A stretch of DNA of 64,000 nucleotides, taken from the NCBI GenBank assembly GCA_973895155.1, contig OZ316893.1, positions 26,710,798 to 26,774,797 on the forward strand, in the 5' to 3' direction. This document shows, one piece after another, positions 1 to 13,030 of this stretch. The position numbers were made by a program, and so were the translations under genes. The DNA is from Marsupella aquatica (lineage: Eukaryota; Plantae; Marchantiophyta). Within the stretch, counting starts at the first letter, position 1. Every line of letters begins with the position of its first letter. The notes below the pieces were generated by a model. It searched no databases. It was not told the DNA's origin and saw only the letters and a list, made by a program, of their open reading frames with translations.

Positions 1-1802
1 GTATCTTCATTTCAACATCTTTTCAAGAGGTTTTGTTTTTTCTTTGTCTTTCATTTGCAATGGAAATGGCTAAGAAATTCTATCCTCAGAAATTACTTGC
101 TTGATTGAAAATGAATTCCAAGCAGAGAGGCACACACAAAACTTCTGTCCATCTGTTCAGGGAATTTGGGCAGTCTTCTAGGGGAACTGCAAGTGAAGCC
201 CCTGAACCCACTCAACCCCCACACAAAATCATCACCCACACTTGGTATGCAACAGTGAACACGCTGCCCTACACTTGGTGGCAATGCAAAACACAGATGC
301 CCACCCATATACCCATATCTCGCTCAAAGCAATGTCTCCTAGGATTGAATCAAGGTCTGGACACATCCAAGCACATGACCTACCACTAAGCCATGTGTAT
401 ATCCAAAATAGCATGCATTATATATTGAACTAAAAAGAAAGAAGCACGACTTTCCGGGAGACAAGAATCCAGAAGACAAAACCCAATAAAGGGGAAAGGA
501 AAAAGGTTAAAGGAAAAACACAAAGAGCCAAAAAGCCCAATAGCTTTGCACATATCTTGATATCTAAATTAAGGTGTATAAGGAGCAGAAAAGGGCCCTG
601 TTGGGACTGCCTGATGATCTTACTCCCCTACCATGAAAGGTCCATTGCCAGGTTTTACTTATTAGTTATTCATTCATCTATTACAACAGAATGGCCAAGA
701 GATTCATTTTCTCTAACCAATTGTATGTTAAGCATATACATTCACAACGACAACTTCATGGACATTCAATGCGCAAGTAGTCGACACACAAAGATACATG
801 GTTCACCTAAGTTGAGTTTATGTCCACGGGAACACACGAGAGCTTTACGACAATCTAGGTCCATCAGCCATACCGAGTATCCACAAAACAAATCTCTCTA
901 TTTCTCAATTGACTCTATAACAATGAACCTAAGTTACCCCTATCAAGCAAACATTATTTCGGATATAGTGTGCAACCCAGTTAACCTAATCTAGTTTGTT
1001 ATTATGGTTAACCCTAACTATGGTTATAATCATAACTCTAGACCTAAGAATAAATACCTAACATTATTTGGATTGAAGACTAATGATGACCTTCTTCCCA
1101 AAAATGAAATGTCCATTGTGAAGATGGATCCAATATCATTGGTGCTTTTCCAGGCCACTAAGGGCCAGGCTGTTGCATTTGAGAGGGGCCAGGGTGGAAG
1201 CAAACATGGGGATAAATGGCATCAGGATTTGGTCTTTTAGACTCAATTCATTTCAAAACATTAACCAGTTGGTGACAACCTCTTATGCAAGCCCTTTCAA
1301 GATGATTGTGATGTGTCAGTAGGAACAATGATAGTTGCTTAAGACTGCACAAATATTTCTTCACGAGGGATATCTTGGGAGATATAATTTGGAAAAGTGT
1401 TCATCTAGCAATTTTATCAGGTCATCGTTTATACAACCGAGCTCACCATGGCTCTGAGAGCCGCATCAGATAGGTATCCTCCGTTTGTGCTCCACTAAAC
1501 TATCACTAGAACTCCTTCACCAAGTTGGAAGATGACTTGATCTATAATACCATAGAAACCAGATCTCAACATTGTGGAACAACCAATAAATCCTAGCTTC
1601 ACTCTACTCACTTGCATGAATCGGAACTGCCCCACTCTCTTGAACTGTCCCTTACTAGCTCAATTACTAGCTCAATAGTAGAGGCCTGTTGCAGCCTTCG
1701 CACAACAAGCGAGTTTGATAATTCCGGTCCTGAGGAGCTCGACTCTAGTGGTCAGGGAGATCGGTCCATCATATGCTCCCAAAATTGATGCCTCCAATTT
1801 CT

Positions 1803-4800
1803 TTACGCATCACTGGCCACTTTGCTCGCAGCTTGAATCTTGCGTATGAGAATAATTGGTGTCTGTTCATCAGCATTCCCTACAAATAAAAGAGACGTAA
1901 GACTTATAAAGCAGTTCCATCACCCTTGATCACTCAGGCTGTCGACAGAAAGCTCTATGAATTCATGAAAAGCAATTGGCATGTTCGTCCACTTGTACCT
2001 GCAGGGTTATCTATCAGCGCAGCTTCCAAGAATCGATGATCCACACCATGGGATGCCTGCACCATCCCAGTGCAGGAGTGCATACTACCATCAGAAAGTA
2101 GTTAGTAGCTTGTTACCAAGGAAAGGACGACCCGGCGTCTTGGAAGGGAGGGACCAAGGGCCCTAATTTTGACGAGAGCTACAAAACGGAAACTAGGACA
2201 AAGAAACCCATATTGCAATGTATTCTGAATTCAAGAGGATGATATTTCTGAGAGCAAACTATGCTAACTGCAGCAGGTGTAAAAAGATATGTAATGAAAA
2301 AGAACAGGTATGAGACAAAGGTGAGCAGGAATTTTGGAATTCTAAGTCAAATGAAACTGATGGCAATTTACCGCCAATATCTGTACTTTCTTCAAGTCGT
2401 TGACATCCACGATAGCCACCTCACAGCCTTACAGCACATCAACTTGACAAGTGAGGTTTAAATCTTCTGCATATTCAAATTGCTGAAACAAAATAAATAA
2501 ATTCAAAGTACCCCAAAGAACACAGGCCTTTAATACTATGAACTCTATGGTAGTCAACAATTGAAAAGATAAATTGGACAGGAACGAATTATTCTCAGCA
2601 TTTGAGCGCAACGGCCAAACTTGGTCGGAAAATTGCAGCAGGCAGGCATTTTACAAATTGTGAAAGCGGCTGTTCTGAGTGGGACAGTCAAAACCTGTCT
2701 TGGCCCTTAGGGCATCCACGGTAGCTTGTACTCGAACCTGTACACGGATCACAGAGTAATACAACAGTTAAGAGAATATGTACTGGACGCTAATATTATT
2801 GAAACCAAGGTCTAAAGCACGTAAATCAATCCTACTACAAACAGAGGGGAAAAGGGTACAAGAGGCTCATAGTGAGCCTGGAGGTTGCTTTTTGTCCTGA
2901 ATTAATTGCTTGTGTTTGCTAAAGTAAGACAATGATTGTACTCCGTAAGAGCGACAGCTGAAATCCTATATGATATTAATCAACCTAGTGAAGATCTACC
3001 ACGAAGGAAGGACGTTTTATCCATACTGGTCCAAGTGTGATGAACTGGTCATAAGGGGGTAGAGTTCCAGTGACGTCATCAATCAATCTTGCCTGCATTG
3101 ACCAACAGGAAGGAGGTAGATCAAGATTCTTGTTTCCAGTGTGAAAGATCCAATTGGCATCCATCATAACATCGTTCAATCCATTCCAAGTTGTCAAAAA
3201 CGCACTTATAATCAATCACCTGCTCTCCTGCAACCTGGTAAAACACCCCCCTTTGGCCAAGTATTCTGCAGGAACCAGAAGGCTTTTTTAGAAAAGAATT
3301 CTTCACGACGGAAATTTTTCATCAGCAGAGATAGTGAGAGATTTCACCTTGAAATGACAGCAATAAATACTGCCACCACCACCCTGAGCCGGCCAGAAAT
3401 GTCAATAAGAGCCTGTAACAGAGTTGTCAAAAAGAGTTAGTGTTTACTATCTGCATGAGACGGTACTTATTATTACTACAGATTTGTTAGAGTGAGACAT
3501 CTGGACTCAATCTGTAGGATCCAAGAAGTTCATAAAAAGTCGTGCGTCAATTACCTGCATACCACACGCAGTTGCAAGAGAAGATGTCGGGTGGAAAAGA
3601 CGACAGGCAAGGCCTGCTACCAGCCCTGGTTGCACAGTTCGAGGGTGCCTAAATCGACCTACCAAAAAGAAGAATACGTGAGTTCTATAAAAAAAGAGAC
3701 ACTCATAAAAGAAAACACATGAAAAACTGTCCTGACACAACAAGACTTACAATTGCTGATTTAAAGTTCAATGCTCAAACCTAGAAAGATACTTTAAAGG
3801 TTGAGCAGACAAAATGCATCGATTATGGGAAGTACTTGCTGAAAAATTAATCGAGTGCAAAAGATTTTGCTGCTAAACAATCTGAAGGTCTCCCTCTGCA
3901 AATTGAGATCTATGCTTTGCTAGGGCGTATCTTGCAATACTGACCTCTAGGAAGCCGAACAAGAATATGGATACCTCGATGCTAAGAAATGGCTTCCCAA
4001 TGCGGATTGTACATTAAAGACACTTCCATGCTCTCTAGTACTATACTGAGATGAACAATCAGTGAGAAATATAAAGTAAAGAAGAAGTAAATAATTGCAG
4101 GGGCGAGTAGACTGGACGTTTCAACTGAGAACTATGGATTATGACCGGGCTCCTAATTTCGGTAAGCCTAGATAATCTATACATCTGTCGTGTTTTTAAC
4201 AGGAAAAGCAACCTGACCTCTAACTTTTGCCTCATTTTCACTAATCACAAAGACGCGAGAAATCACCTTGCATAATGGCAAGTGGTGTTTCACCAATGGC
4301 TATAATGTCTCCAGCTTGAGCATGTGGCAGCACATACCTGCACTAAAATAGCTCACGCGCATGAAAAAGTAAATGAACGAAGGTTACCTCACTTTGCATC
4401 CGTTATACATTGACTGGGGCATTGTGTAAAGTACAACCAATAAGAGAATAATATCAGCGAATAAACTTACCTACGAAGAACCTCGAGAGGATCATCAAGA
4501 TGCGAAAGTAGATGTGTCTGTATCGGCAGCAAAGATGACTCTGGCCTAGCAGTAATACTGCAGCATCAACAGGAGATATCAATATGAGCAAAACAATCAC
4601 GTCGAAGCCAAAAAAGATGACAAGTTGTCGTATGCACCACTAGTACTGCAACACTGTCGTCTGAAACAGTGAAAGACAAGGTTCGAGCAAAAGATTTTTC
4701 ACTACTCTAAAAATATGACAAGTTGTAACATGCAATTGATTTAGAGCACAGCCGTCTCTCTGATCAGCTACCGAGGCATATACGTACTTGCGCCAATGGA

Positions 4801-7509
4801 TATTACTTGAATAAACATCGCGGTAATTAAGGGGTAAAATCACATGCTGAACATGGGTGCTTCGTCCATGTGGACCATATGAAATGTACTCAATTTCAAG
4901 CCTCGCTGCCTGCATGACCACACATACTCTATCAAATTCCTCTCACTGGAATACCACCTGAAGTAAGGATAAATGAATCTAGATTGTGTCTACAATGAAA
5001 CTGCCTAGTTATTCATGAATACCCACAACAAAATCAGGCACTCTGTGGCATTTCTACGAGCCAAGTCATCTCATATTTGGAAAGATGGTGGAGAAGGAAC
5101 TCTCCTGTCAACTGTCAACAGGGGAAGGAAATGAGCAACAAATTTAGCATGACTGCTAAACAGTCGGTTATGCCAAACTTCTTTGAACAAAAAAATGCAC
5201 GCTGTTGAACCAACGGTACCTGAAGCTCCGTGAGAGGTTTCCTGTCTTTGGATGAAATATCCACTGACACCTGAACTCACGGTAGAGGCAAACCACAAAC
5301 CTTATAATTAGTAACGACATAACGAGGATATGGGCACCTTGTTCAAGTGTAGTGTTGGACCTTTAAGATCTAGAATTCTTAAAATCTTTGCCTATAAACA
5401 GGGAGAGTGGTGCTAATTTAAACGAAATGTTGCATTTTTAGCCGTCTCTTCCAAGATCTAAGGCAGTCTGTCGACTACATGCTAGGATCTGGCCCATGCT
5501 AAAGACAAGGAACCCGCACGATGTGCTCGGGTTACGGTTTTGCTCACGAACTTGACTTAAAGCCATGACGAAGCAATAGCGCAGTCCTATTAAAGAGGAA
5601 CGGTTTCAACAATTTCTGATCTTTCTGATACCACCTTCTACCGAATGTTAAGTTGAATCATTCGTATAAACGAATTTTATCCAGCTGAAACAAAGTTAAA
5701 ACCTGCAATGTGATGTCTAGAATGGAAACCAGCATGAGGTATATCGAATTTTTGTTACAGGTGATGGGATACGGATGGCACCTCAATAGATGTACTTCCT
5801 CCGGCAGGGATAATATAAGCAGGCCAGTAACCATCTTTCCGAGGTAGCTGTTGCTCATCCGGATGACGAGGCAAAATCTGGCTAGAGACAAAATCTAGTT
5901 TAGATTTTAGAAAAATTCATGAAAGGAGGTTCTATAATCAGAGATACAGTGAGCCTTGGACAGAGGTAAACAAACCTGAACTGACGTATAGATCGAATTT
6001 AGAGAAATGCCTGCAAGCAATTGGATCTTCCCATGAACTTCTGGTACAAATATTTCAAACTTCCCAGAAATATTGTGAAACCTGCGCGAAGGACAGGTTT
6101 CACAGAGGAGATGCTATAAGCCCCTCCTGATACCGTGCAGATAATTTCGTACATCTAACAGATTGAAGTGGTTTTTCTTTAAACAGGTTATAAAGTCATT
6201 GGGGGAATTACTACTGCCACTTGGAAGCTGTTCACGTACAACATGTAGCTTGTAACAACTTGATGACGTTCAAATATTGTTACATGCAAAGACAATGATC
6301 ACTCTGCACCTAAACCAAGAAAAGGATAGTTCTGTTGACAGAAACTTACTCCATCTTTCCAATCAATTCATAATGATCCTCTTCTTGCAAGTTCCAGCTC
6401 CATTGTCCACGAGTTAATACCAACCCATCACCTGGTCTCTTCTGTACAGGTGCATGAAATGCAAACAACAATTCCAATATATCAGGGCCAAAATTTTCGG
6501 TGGCGGTGAACGTTATTGTGCATTTGTGCAGGGAAACCTAAATACTTTGGCGAGGAAGCAGTTCAACCAAATTTTACAAAATGACTCACGTTTAACGCTT
6601 GATGGAGGCTGCGACTAGCTAGTACGATCTCTGAATTCACGGTGAATAACAGTGGACTTATTATTACACCGTAAATTGGGGAAAGGACATCCACTGGAAG
6701 TGAATAGAAAACGAATACTGCAATGATCGGGTAGATACTGAATTCGTTTCATCAAAACATGTCCCATGCACCGGTTATGGAAATTATGTAAGTTAAGCAC
6801 AGTGTCAGACACCAGTACCGTCACTCGTTCTAAACCCCTAAACCCCTAAACTACCCTCAAGTCCCTTGCGTCCAACAAACAAAACAGAAGATGCTTGTGC
6901 CCAAAAAAATCAAATCTTCGGAATGAGCCGCAAAACAGACAGAAATTTCGATGTGAGTCACACACTTTTCATGGTGAAGATGTGAAACGAATTTGTTCAA
7001 AACCAGATGAAATTGACGAAATGACTCAAACTACAAGGTGAAAATGTGAAGTGCCCCACAAAACAAACAGAATTGACGAAATGACCCCAAACATTACGGC
7101 ACTCTGTCAAACAATCATTTGCGGCCTAGGTGAATCGGCAGACAGGGAGAAAAATTACCTGGACGGATAACAGACGCTCCAGCTCTTGGGACAGCCACAG
7201 AGAATTCTCTTTCCCGTATGTGCAGCCTCCAACAGCTGCTGCTACAAATGCTACACCTGCTCCACCTCCCGTTCCAGCTCCAGCTCCTGCTCCAGCTCCC
7301 GACGTCTGCTTGGCATCACGGGGAAGTGGTACTACTAATGGACGAGCAGAGAATTTTCTGCCAAGGAGCAGGGGCAAAGAAGTGCTGCCCAGGCCGTTTT
7401 GATTGTGCAAAGCCGGGAAGGCTTTGGAGTGCAGCGCAAACACAGTTGCTGCATTGTTAGTGGAGAGCATTGTGACACAGATGTTCGTCAACATGACATG
7501 AGAGAACAT
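1803..7509 (-). CDS. Spliced gene (~16 exons) for a coenzyme F420-0:L-glutamate ligase (CofE)-like protein of the cyanobacterial type, with a probable plastid transit peptide
   Basis: Manually spliced GT-AG exons (approx. 7159-7509, 6590-6630, 6350-6441, 5976-6081, 5782-5877, 4788-4909, 4471-4557, 4267-4337, 3555-3658, 3349-3413, 3220-3266, 3027-3092, 2695-2737, 2372-2427, 1999-2056, 1803-1879) give ...[14 protein letters not shown]...[21 protein letters not shown]...[50 protein letters not shown]...[20 protein letters not shown]...[32 protein letters not shown]...[22 protein letters not shown]...[18 protein letters not shown]...*. I recognise these motifs from cyanobacterial F420-ligase-family proteins. 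The first exon is Ser/Ala/Leu-rich and acid-poor. The start codon (7470/7494/7509) and one or two small exons at 5.3-5.7 kb and 6.6-7.2 kb are uncertain. Confidence 0.85.
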
Positions 7510-7865
7510 ATCCGCTATAACTAACACAGCACATCGATCACAGACAAGGTGATGGAAACATCGATTTGCCCTCACAGTAGTGTCGATCAAAGTGTAGACG
7601 ATCAAGAGTTCTAGAAGTGGATGACAAATTGTTACAGTAGAATCTTGACCCTCCACAATTCTAGAAAGCAATTCAGAGGGTAGACAGAGACTGTAGCTTT
7701 TCTCTGCAGATCAGGTTGGGGTAATGACTATTTTGCAAATCAGGCTGGTGAATGATTTGGGAACCTTGTTTTTTTATAGTTGTGTCTTTATTTTAAAAAT
7801 ACTTCTGTCCATACTCATTTAAAAATTTCATCTTAATGAACCTCATCATCCATTTTTGTCTGTAT

Positions 7866-8000
7866 TGGGAGTTATGGTCTAGAGATGGGACTTATGATCT
7901 AGAGATGGGAGTTATGATCTAGAGACTTCACTCTAGTCTAGAGATGGGACTTATGTCTAGAGATGGGAGTTATGGTCTAGAGACTTAGCTCTAGACCTAA
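7866..8000. repeat. Short tandem repeat, ~20-21 bp unit (gggaSttatgRtctagagat)
   Basis: About 5 imperfect copies. The flanks (tgtccatactcatttaaaa ... ctctagacYtaRRcccttaaaa) recur at ~25725-25805, so this belongs to a dispersed repeat. Confidence 0.75.
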
Positions 8001-8771
8001 GCCCTTAAAAGTAGACTTCAATTAGCACTATCATAGTAAAATTACAGTTTTGGGGGGGTAGAATAGAAGACCAGTTGATTTGCATATCTAAAGGAGCCCA
8101 ATGCTTGTGCTTCGCCCAATTAGCTACAGTAGCGGAAAGCAGCGTGACACATGGATGGTGAGGCTAGGTGGAGGGGGGAGGGCAATGAGGGTAGGATTAC
8201 AAAGAAAGTAAGATGGGATAGGATGTCCATCCAAACCTTTGAATAGAATGAGATCCCAAAAAAATTTCGTATGCAAGTAAAATTACTTTATTGTAAACTA
8301 GCGCCAATGTCCATTTTATGAATGTTAAATGAAATGATAACAAAAACCATCATGCATGTCATTTAACATACATCATTCTTCACATCTTCTTTTGGTGTGC
8401 CTTAATTTGGTGGGCCCTAGAGTCAGAGTCTTTTGAGCTTCACTCTACAAGCCTAGACCCCAACTCTAGTTTCCCCTTGCGCTTTATAAGTAATATTTAT
8501 ATCATCTTAATAAAAATATATATATTTTTAGATCTCATGTTTTCACTCTAGAAGCTATCGTGACATATAGTATCGTAGCCATAGTGTATCAAAAATATAC
8601 AAGTCACCAGCAATGCATATGTGCAAGCTGCTAGCAACCAACATGCATAGAAAAAGTCCAATCACATTCCCAAGTGCCAAGAAAAAGCAAATGAAGTGGT
8701 ATGTACGTAGTGGAGGTGTAAACCTCTGTATCCCCCCCCAGACCACAGCCAAAAGGAGGGCTGAAGAAAAT

Positions 8772-10757
8772 TCAGGTAGCACGTGGAGCACAGGAAGGGC
8801 AAAACCATAACCCTTCTGGCACCTGGGTAAGTTCAGGCCGAAGGCAGAAAAGATGGTACCCTCCATTGCAATTGTCACACAGCAGCATCTGGTCAGCATC
8901 ATCAATTCGCAAACACACCTTGCAAGGGTAGTCCACAGGTGGAATCCAAGTAGAAGTCACAATGGTGGGATCTAGGTTAGGCAGATGACAAGGGGCGCAA
9001 TTCTTAGCATTGTCAGCAATTGTGCGCCCATCTGCCCCTTGTAACTCTAGCACTCCAGACGGTCGAATAGCTTTAACCCTGAGAATTGTACGATTGGTTG
9101 AGGTGTCCAGGGTGTCGTTAGCTTGCTGTTGTAAGTACACGAAATCTCCCACATCAAACTTCCTGACCTTGGGCTGAAAAGTGCCCCCTCGTGTGTGGGC
9201 ATAACGCAGTGTGTCCCTGTGCTGTGCAATGGCCAAATTCTCCATGGCCATGGGCATAACTCTCCTGAATAGGGCAGCCCTCTCAGAGATCACATTAGAC
9301 CAAGTCACAGCTGAATCCAAGTCCACTACCTGAAGCATGTGAGCAGCAATAGCAGAAGGTGGAACTGGGTGACGACCAAACAACAAGAAGTAGGGAGAAA
9401 AGTTAGACAGTGATGCATGTCTGGACATCCTATACCCCATGGCAATGTAGGGTAAGGCCAGGTCCCAATCCTCCTTGTTTTTGGTGAGGCAGATCTTCCG
9501 GAGGCCCTTCTTGCATGTCTGAACCATGCGCTCTGCCAAGCCATCTGCTTGTGGGTGATCTCGTGATGTCCGACGATGATCAATGAGGGCCTGATCAAGC
9601 AGCTCCTGGAACTCTCCTCTAAACTCTGAGCCCTGGTCAGTGAGACATTCTGCACAAGCTCCAAAGCGGCTGAGAACTTGTTGCAGGAATGCCTGGCTGG
9701 TGCTACGGGAGGTCTTATCTGGCAATGCCACAAGTTCTATCCACTTGGAGAAATGCTCTATCATGATCATGATGTAAAGATTACCCCGAGACGTGAGGGG
9801 TAATTCTCCAGCCAAATCACATGACCAGCGATAAAACATGCCCTGAATAGGGAGTGGATGAAGTGTGGGTTGCTGAGATGTGAAGGAAGTCCTCACCCTA
9901 TCACACTGTTCACACCGGGCAATAACATCTCGAACTTGGCCATGCATGCCTCTCCAATGATAATGAGGGACCAAGAGGCTGTAAGTCCTCTTAACACCAA
10001 AATGACCAAGCTCAGAATGTATCTTACGGATAAGGCCAACCCTCTCATGAATAGGTGGAACCACCACTTCCCTGTCTGGCAAGCAGCACACGAGATGATC
10101 TCCCTTCCACAAGTAGCGCTTGGACCTTTGCTGAATTCGGTCTCTCTGGGCAGCAGTAACATGTGTGGGGTACTCCCCATGCTGCAGAAATCTCAGAGTG
10201 TCACTGTCCTCCCATATGTCCACCACAGGTTGGTCAACAACATAGCATGGCAGCAAAGCAAGATAGGTCGATGCATGAAATGTAGGCAGGATGGAAACCT
10301 GGTCAAAATCTTGCCGTGCATCTGAGGAATCATCAGAGGTAATCAAAGGGCTGCGGGACATAGTGTCAGCATTCTGATGTGTCACACCAGGCCTATGAAT
10401 TACCTCAAAATCATACTCCTGGAGTATGAGCGCCCAACGAGTAAGCTTGTCGTTGGTCATCAACCACTTCAAGGGCTGGTGGTCGGTATAGAGAACAAAT
10501 CTGGTCCCATAGAGGTAGGGCCTATAATGTATGACACCCCACACAACAGCAAGGCATTCACCCTCATAAGAAGAATAATGACTCTTTGCCTGATTGTTGC
10601 TCCTGGATGCATAGGCAATGACGTACTCTTTACCTTCCTCATCATGCTGGCCCAGAATGGCACCAATCCCAAGGGCACTCCAATTTGTGTGTAGCACAAA
10701 GACCTTGTTGAAATCAGGTCTTCTCAGCACCGGGTATTCTGAGAGCTTCTCCTTCAA
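8772..10757 (-). CDS. RNase H - integrase (HHCC zinc finger, DDE core) - C-terminal PHD finger; open ORF segment of the polyprotein
   Basis: RNase H: LHT(N)WS, VIAYASR, YEGECLAVVW, LYTDHQPL, NADTMSR. Integrase: HSELGHFG..CEQC, WSCDLAG, LTDQGSEF, GLAERMVQ. PHD C4HC3: CKVC..MLLCDNCNGGYHLFCLRPELTQVPEGLWFCPSC (~8787-8924). Confidence 0.95.
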   Translation of the reverse strand: MKEKLSEYPVLRRPDFNKVFVLHTNWSALGIGAILGQHDEEGKEYVIAYASRSNNQAKSHYSSYEGECLAVVWGVIHYRPYLYGTRFVLYTDHQPLKWLMTNDKLTRWALILQEYDFEVIHRPGVTHQNADTMSRSPLITSDDSSDARQDFDQVSILPTFHASTYLALLPCYVVDQPVVDIWEDSDTLRFLQHGEYPTHVTAAQRDRIQQRSKRYLWKGDHLVCCLPDREVVVPPIHERVGLIRKIHSELGHFGVKRTYSLLVPHYHWRGMHGQVRDVIARCEQCDRVRTSFTSQQPTLHPLPIQGMFYRWSCDLAGELPLTSRGNLYIMIMIEHFSKWIELVALPDKTSRSTSQAFLQQVLSRFGACAECLTDQGSEFRGEFQELLDQALIDHRRTSRDHPQADGLAERMVQTCKKGLRKICLTKNKEDWDLALPYIAMGYRMSRHASLSNFSPYFLLFGRHPVPPSAIAAHMLQVVDLDSAVTWSNVISERAALFRRVMPMAMENLAIAQHRDTLRYAHTRGGTFQPKVRKFDVGDFVYLQQQANDTLDTSTNRTILRVKAIRPSGVLELQGADGRTIADNAKNCAPCHLPNLDPTIVTSTWIPPVDYPCKVCLRIDDADQMLLCDNCNGGYHLFCLRPELTQVPEGLWFCPSCAPRAT

Positions 10758-10785
10758 AGTGGCAAATGTTGCCTCAGCATCTGTA

Positions 10786-11760
10786 CTATGTCCAAGTCAC
10801 ATTCGTTTTCAACAAAGCATACAATGGGTGTGCAATGGTACTGAAATCTTTGATGTAGATCCGGTAGTAATTGCACAACCCAATAAAACTCCTCAAAGTG
10901 TGAACATCGGTAGGAGTGGGCATTTCCAAGATGGATACCACCTTGGCCCAGTGAGCCATGGTTCCATTTGGAAGAATGCGGTGCCCAAGGTATACTACTG
11001 ATCTGACAGCAAATTCACACTTCTTGGGGTGTATCTTTAGGTTCACCTTCTTAAGCCTCATGAATAGCTCCTCAAGGTCAAGTAGATGCTGGTCAAATCC
11101 TTTGCTGTGGACCAACACATCATCAATGTAGCATTTCAGAAACTCAGCACCTTGAAGAACCTGGTCCATGACTCTTTGAAAGAATATGGGCGCATTCTTC
11201 AAGCCAAATGGCATCACCAACCACTCCCATAGTTGGTTACTACGATGAAAAGTTGTTTTCTTGCGGTCCTTTGCAAGCAGCAAAATCTGGTTAAAGCCTT
11301 GCCTTAGATCCACAAGAGTGAAGATGTCTGAGTCTCCAATGCTGTCAAATAGCTCCTCTGGCCGTGGCATAGGGTACCTGTCCTAGGGTGTGACCAGGTT
11401 CAATGGCCTGTAGTCCCCACACATGCGCTTCTCTGTCCACAATCCACCGGAATCCTTCTTTGCTGGCATCACTGTAGCTGCTGCAAAATCTGATGTAGAT
11501 GGCTGAATAAGACCAGCTTCATAGAGCTCTTGGCATCTCTCATCCACCAGCTGCCACTCATGCTTACTCAAACGGTGTCTCCGCCTGAAAATAGGTGTTT
11601 CATCAGCCAACTCAATGGAGAACTGCATAGTCTTGCACTTACCCAAGTCCTTCATAGAGAAAGCAAACACATTCTCATGCTTGAGGAGCAAATTCAACAA
11701 CTGGTCCTTCTGTCTTTTACTCAGGTGGTTGCCCATGATGAATGTGTAGTTGGCAACACT
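10786..11760 (-). pseudogene. Reverse transcriptase (Ty3/Gypsy type)
   Basis: KRMCGDYRPLNLVTP*DRYPMP, FTLVDLRQGFNQI, VMPFGLKNAP, YIDDVLV, KCEF, YLGH and LRSFIGLCNYYR. There is an in-frame TAG at 11383 and a frameshift at ~10790. Confidence 0.95.
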
Positions 11761-12064
11761 AGGAATAGGACCTGATGTACTCGTGCTTGAAGAGCCAGAA
11801 GTGTCAGCCTCTCCACTGTCCAAGCTGCTAGCTTGCTACTGATAAGGTGATGAGGCCTCTCTAAGGCTTTCTGTATCTGTTGCTCTGGTCTGATCCACAC
11901 CATGAAACTGAGAATAATGTCAGCCACATTACAAGGGACCTCCTCCCCCCCAACACTTGGACTAAAGTGGTGAGTGTTGGACAGAGGTAAGTGCACCTGG
12001 TCTGGATGCCATGTAGCAGCACCATGGAGTGGTAGGGCTGGAACTCCTGATGCTGGATGAATGT

Positions 12065-13030
12065 ACATCTGAAAAAGGATGCAAGTGACCAGAAGCCAAG
12101 TGAGAGCATTAAGATCCATTACCCTGCCAAGTAAAGCATTCCTGGCCAGCCTGGTGATTTTGGTGTGACCTGTAGTACCGGGTTGGAAGCCCATAGCCCG
12201 TTCTCTCTCCTTAGGACTAGGTTCATCCCATGTACCGGTAGAATGTCGATAAACCAGGCCAGGACCATCACCCTGAAAAGCATGTGCACCTGGAAAGGAC
12301 ACAAATGTAGGCCAAGCAGCACGAGGTTGTCCAATGGTATTGGCTGGATACCAAGGTGCTGGCTCTTGCCGTGTAACTGGTTGGCAAGAACTGTCAGGAT
12401 CCAAAATCTGGTCCACTGTGAGGTTAGTGTCCCTGGATGTGTGGTGAAGAGCTAACTCCAACAAGGAAGGTGGTGCAAGGTTAGTCCTTGAAAAGTTACG
12501 AAGACGATGTGCATAAGAACCAGAGTGCACTGCATCAATGAGAAGGGGTGGTCCCAAGTAGTGCTGGACCACACTGAAATCCTCTTTGACCTATGGACGC
12601 TGGTCAAACTGAGATGGAGTATTCTCAATGAGATAACCAACAGCAGGATAAAGGGATTGAGCCCAGGTGAGAATCTGAACCAATGCTGTGAAAAGGCCAG
12701 AACGAGAATCATGCAGTCCACCACCATGACCAGCAGCTGAAAACCCTTGGCCCAACCAGCTATGATCAAATCAAGGGAGCCAAGAAGGGTTAAGTGTCGG
12801 TGCTGGACAAGCTGGATATCTGGAGGAAAGAAAGAAAATGCAGATTTCCATGCATTGTGTGGAAACTGTTGGGGAAATCGCTCTGAAAATTCCAGCAGAC
12901 GGGATTCAGCCACTTGCCTTGCACCTGGATCAATATTCACATAGATGTACTGCTTCACCACCATGCCAGACTGTAGGAGAGCTTCCAGGCCTGTAGAAAT
13001 GCCACCAAAAAGCTCAAGCAATGTAAGGCC
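12065..13030 (-). pseudogene. C5 cytosine DNA methyltransferase domain, DNMT3-like, inside the retroelement polyprotein
   Basis: Motif I LLELFGGISTGLEAL. Motif II YVNID. Motif IV DLIIAGW/[x]CQGFSAAG, frameshifted at ~12750. Motif V GLHDSRSGLF. Motif VI YLIENT. Motif VIII AHRLRNF. Motif IX ERERAMGFQPGTT. Motif X ITRLARNALLGRVMD. The order is unpermuted I-X. There is an extra stop at ~12591. Confidence 0.88.

Noticed and set aside
6831-6850. Telomere-like aaaccc(c)ta repeats (also ~19155 and ~58251)
   Set aside because: Only 2-3 imperfect units; at most telobox-like, not a telomeric array.
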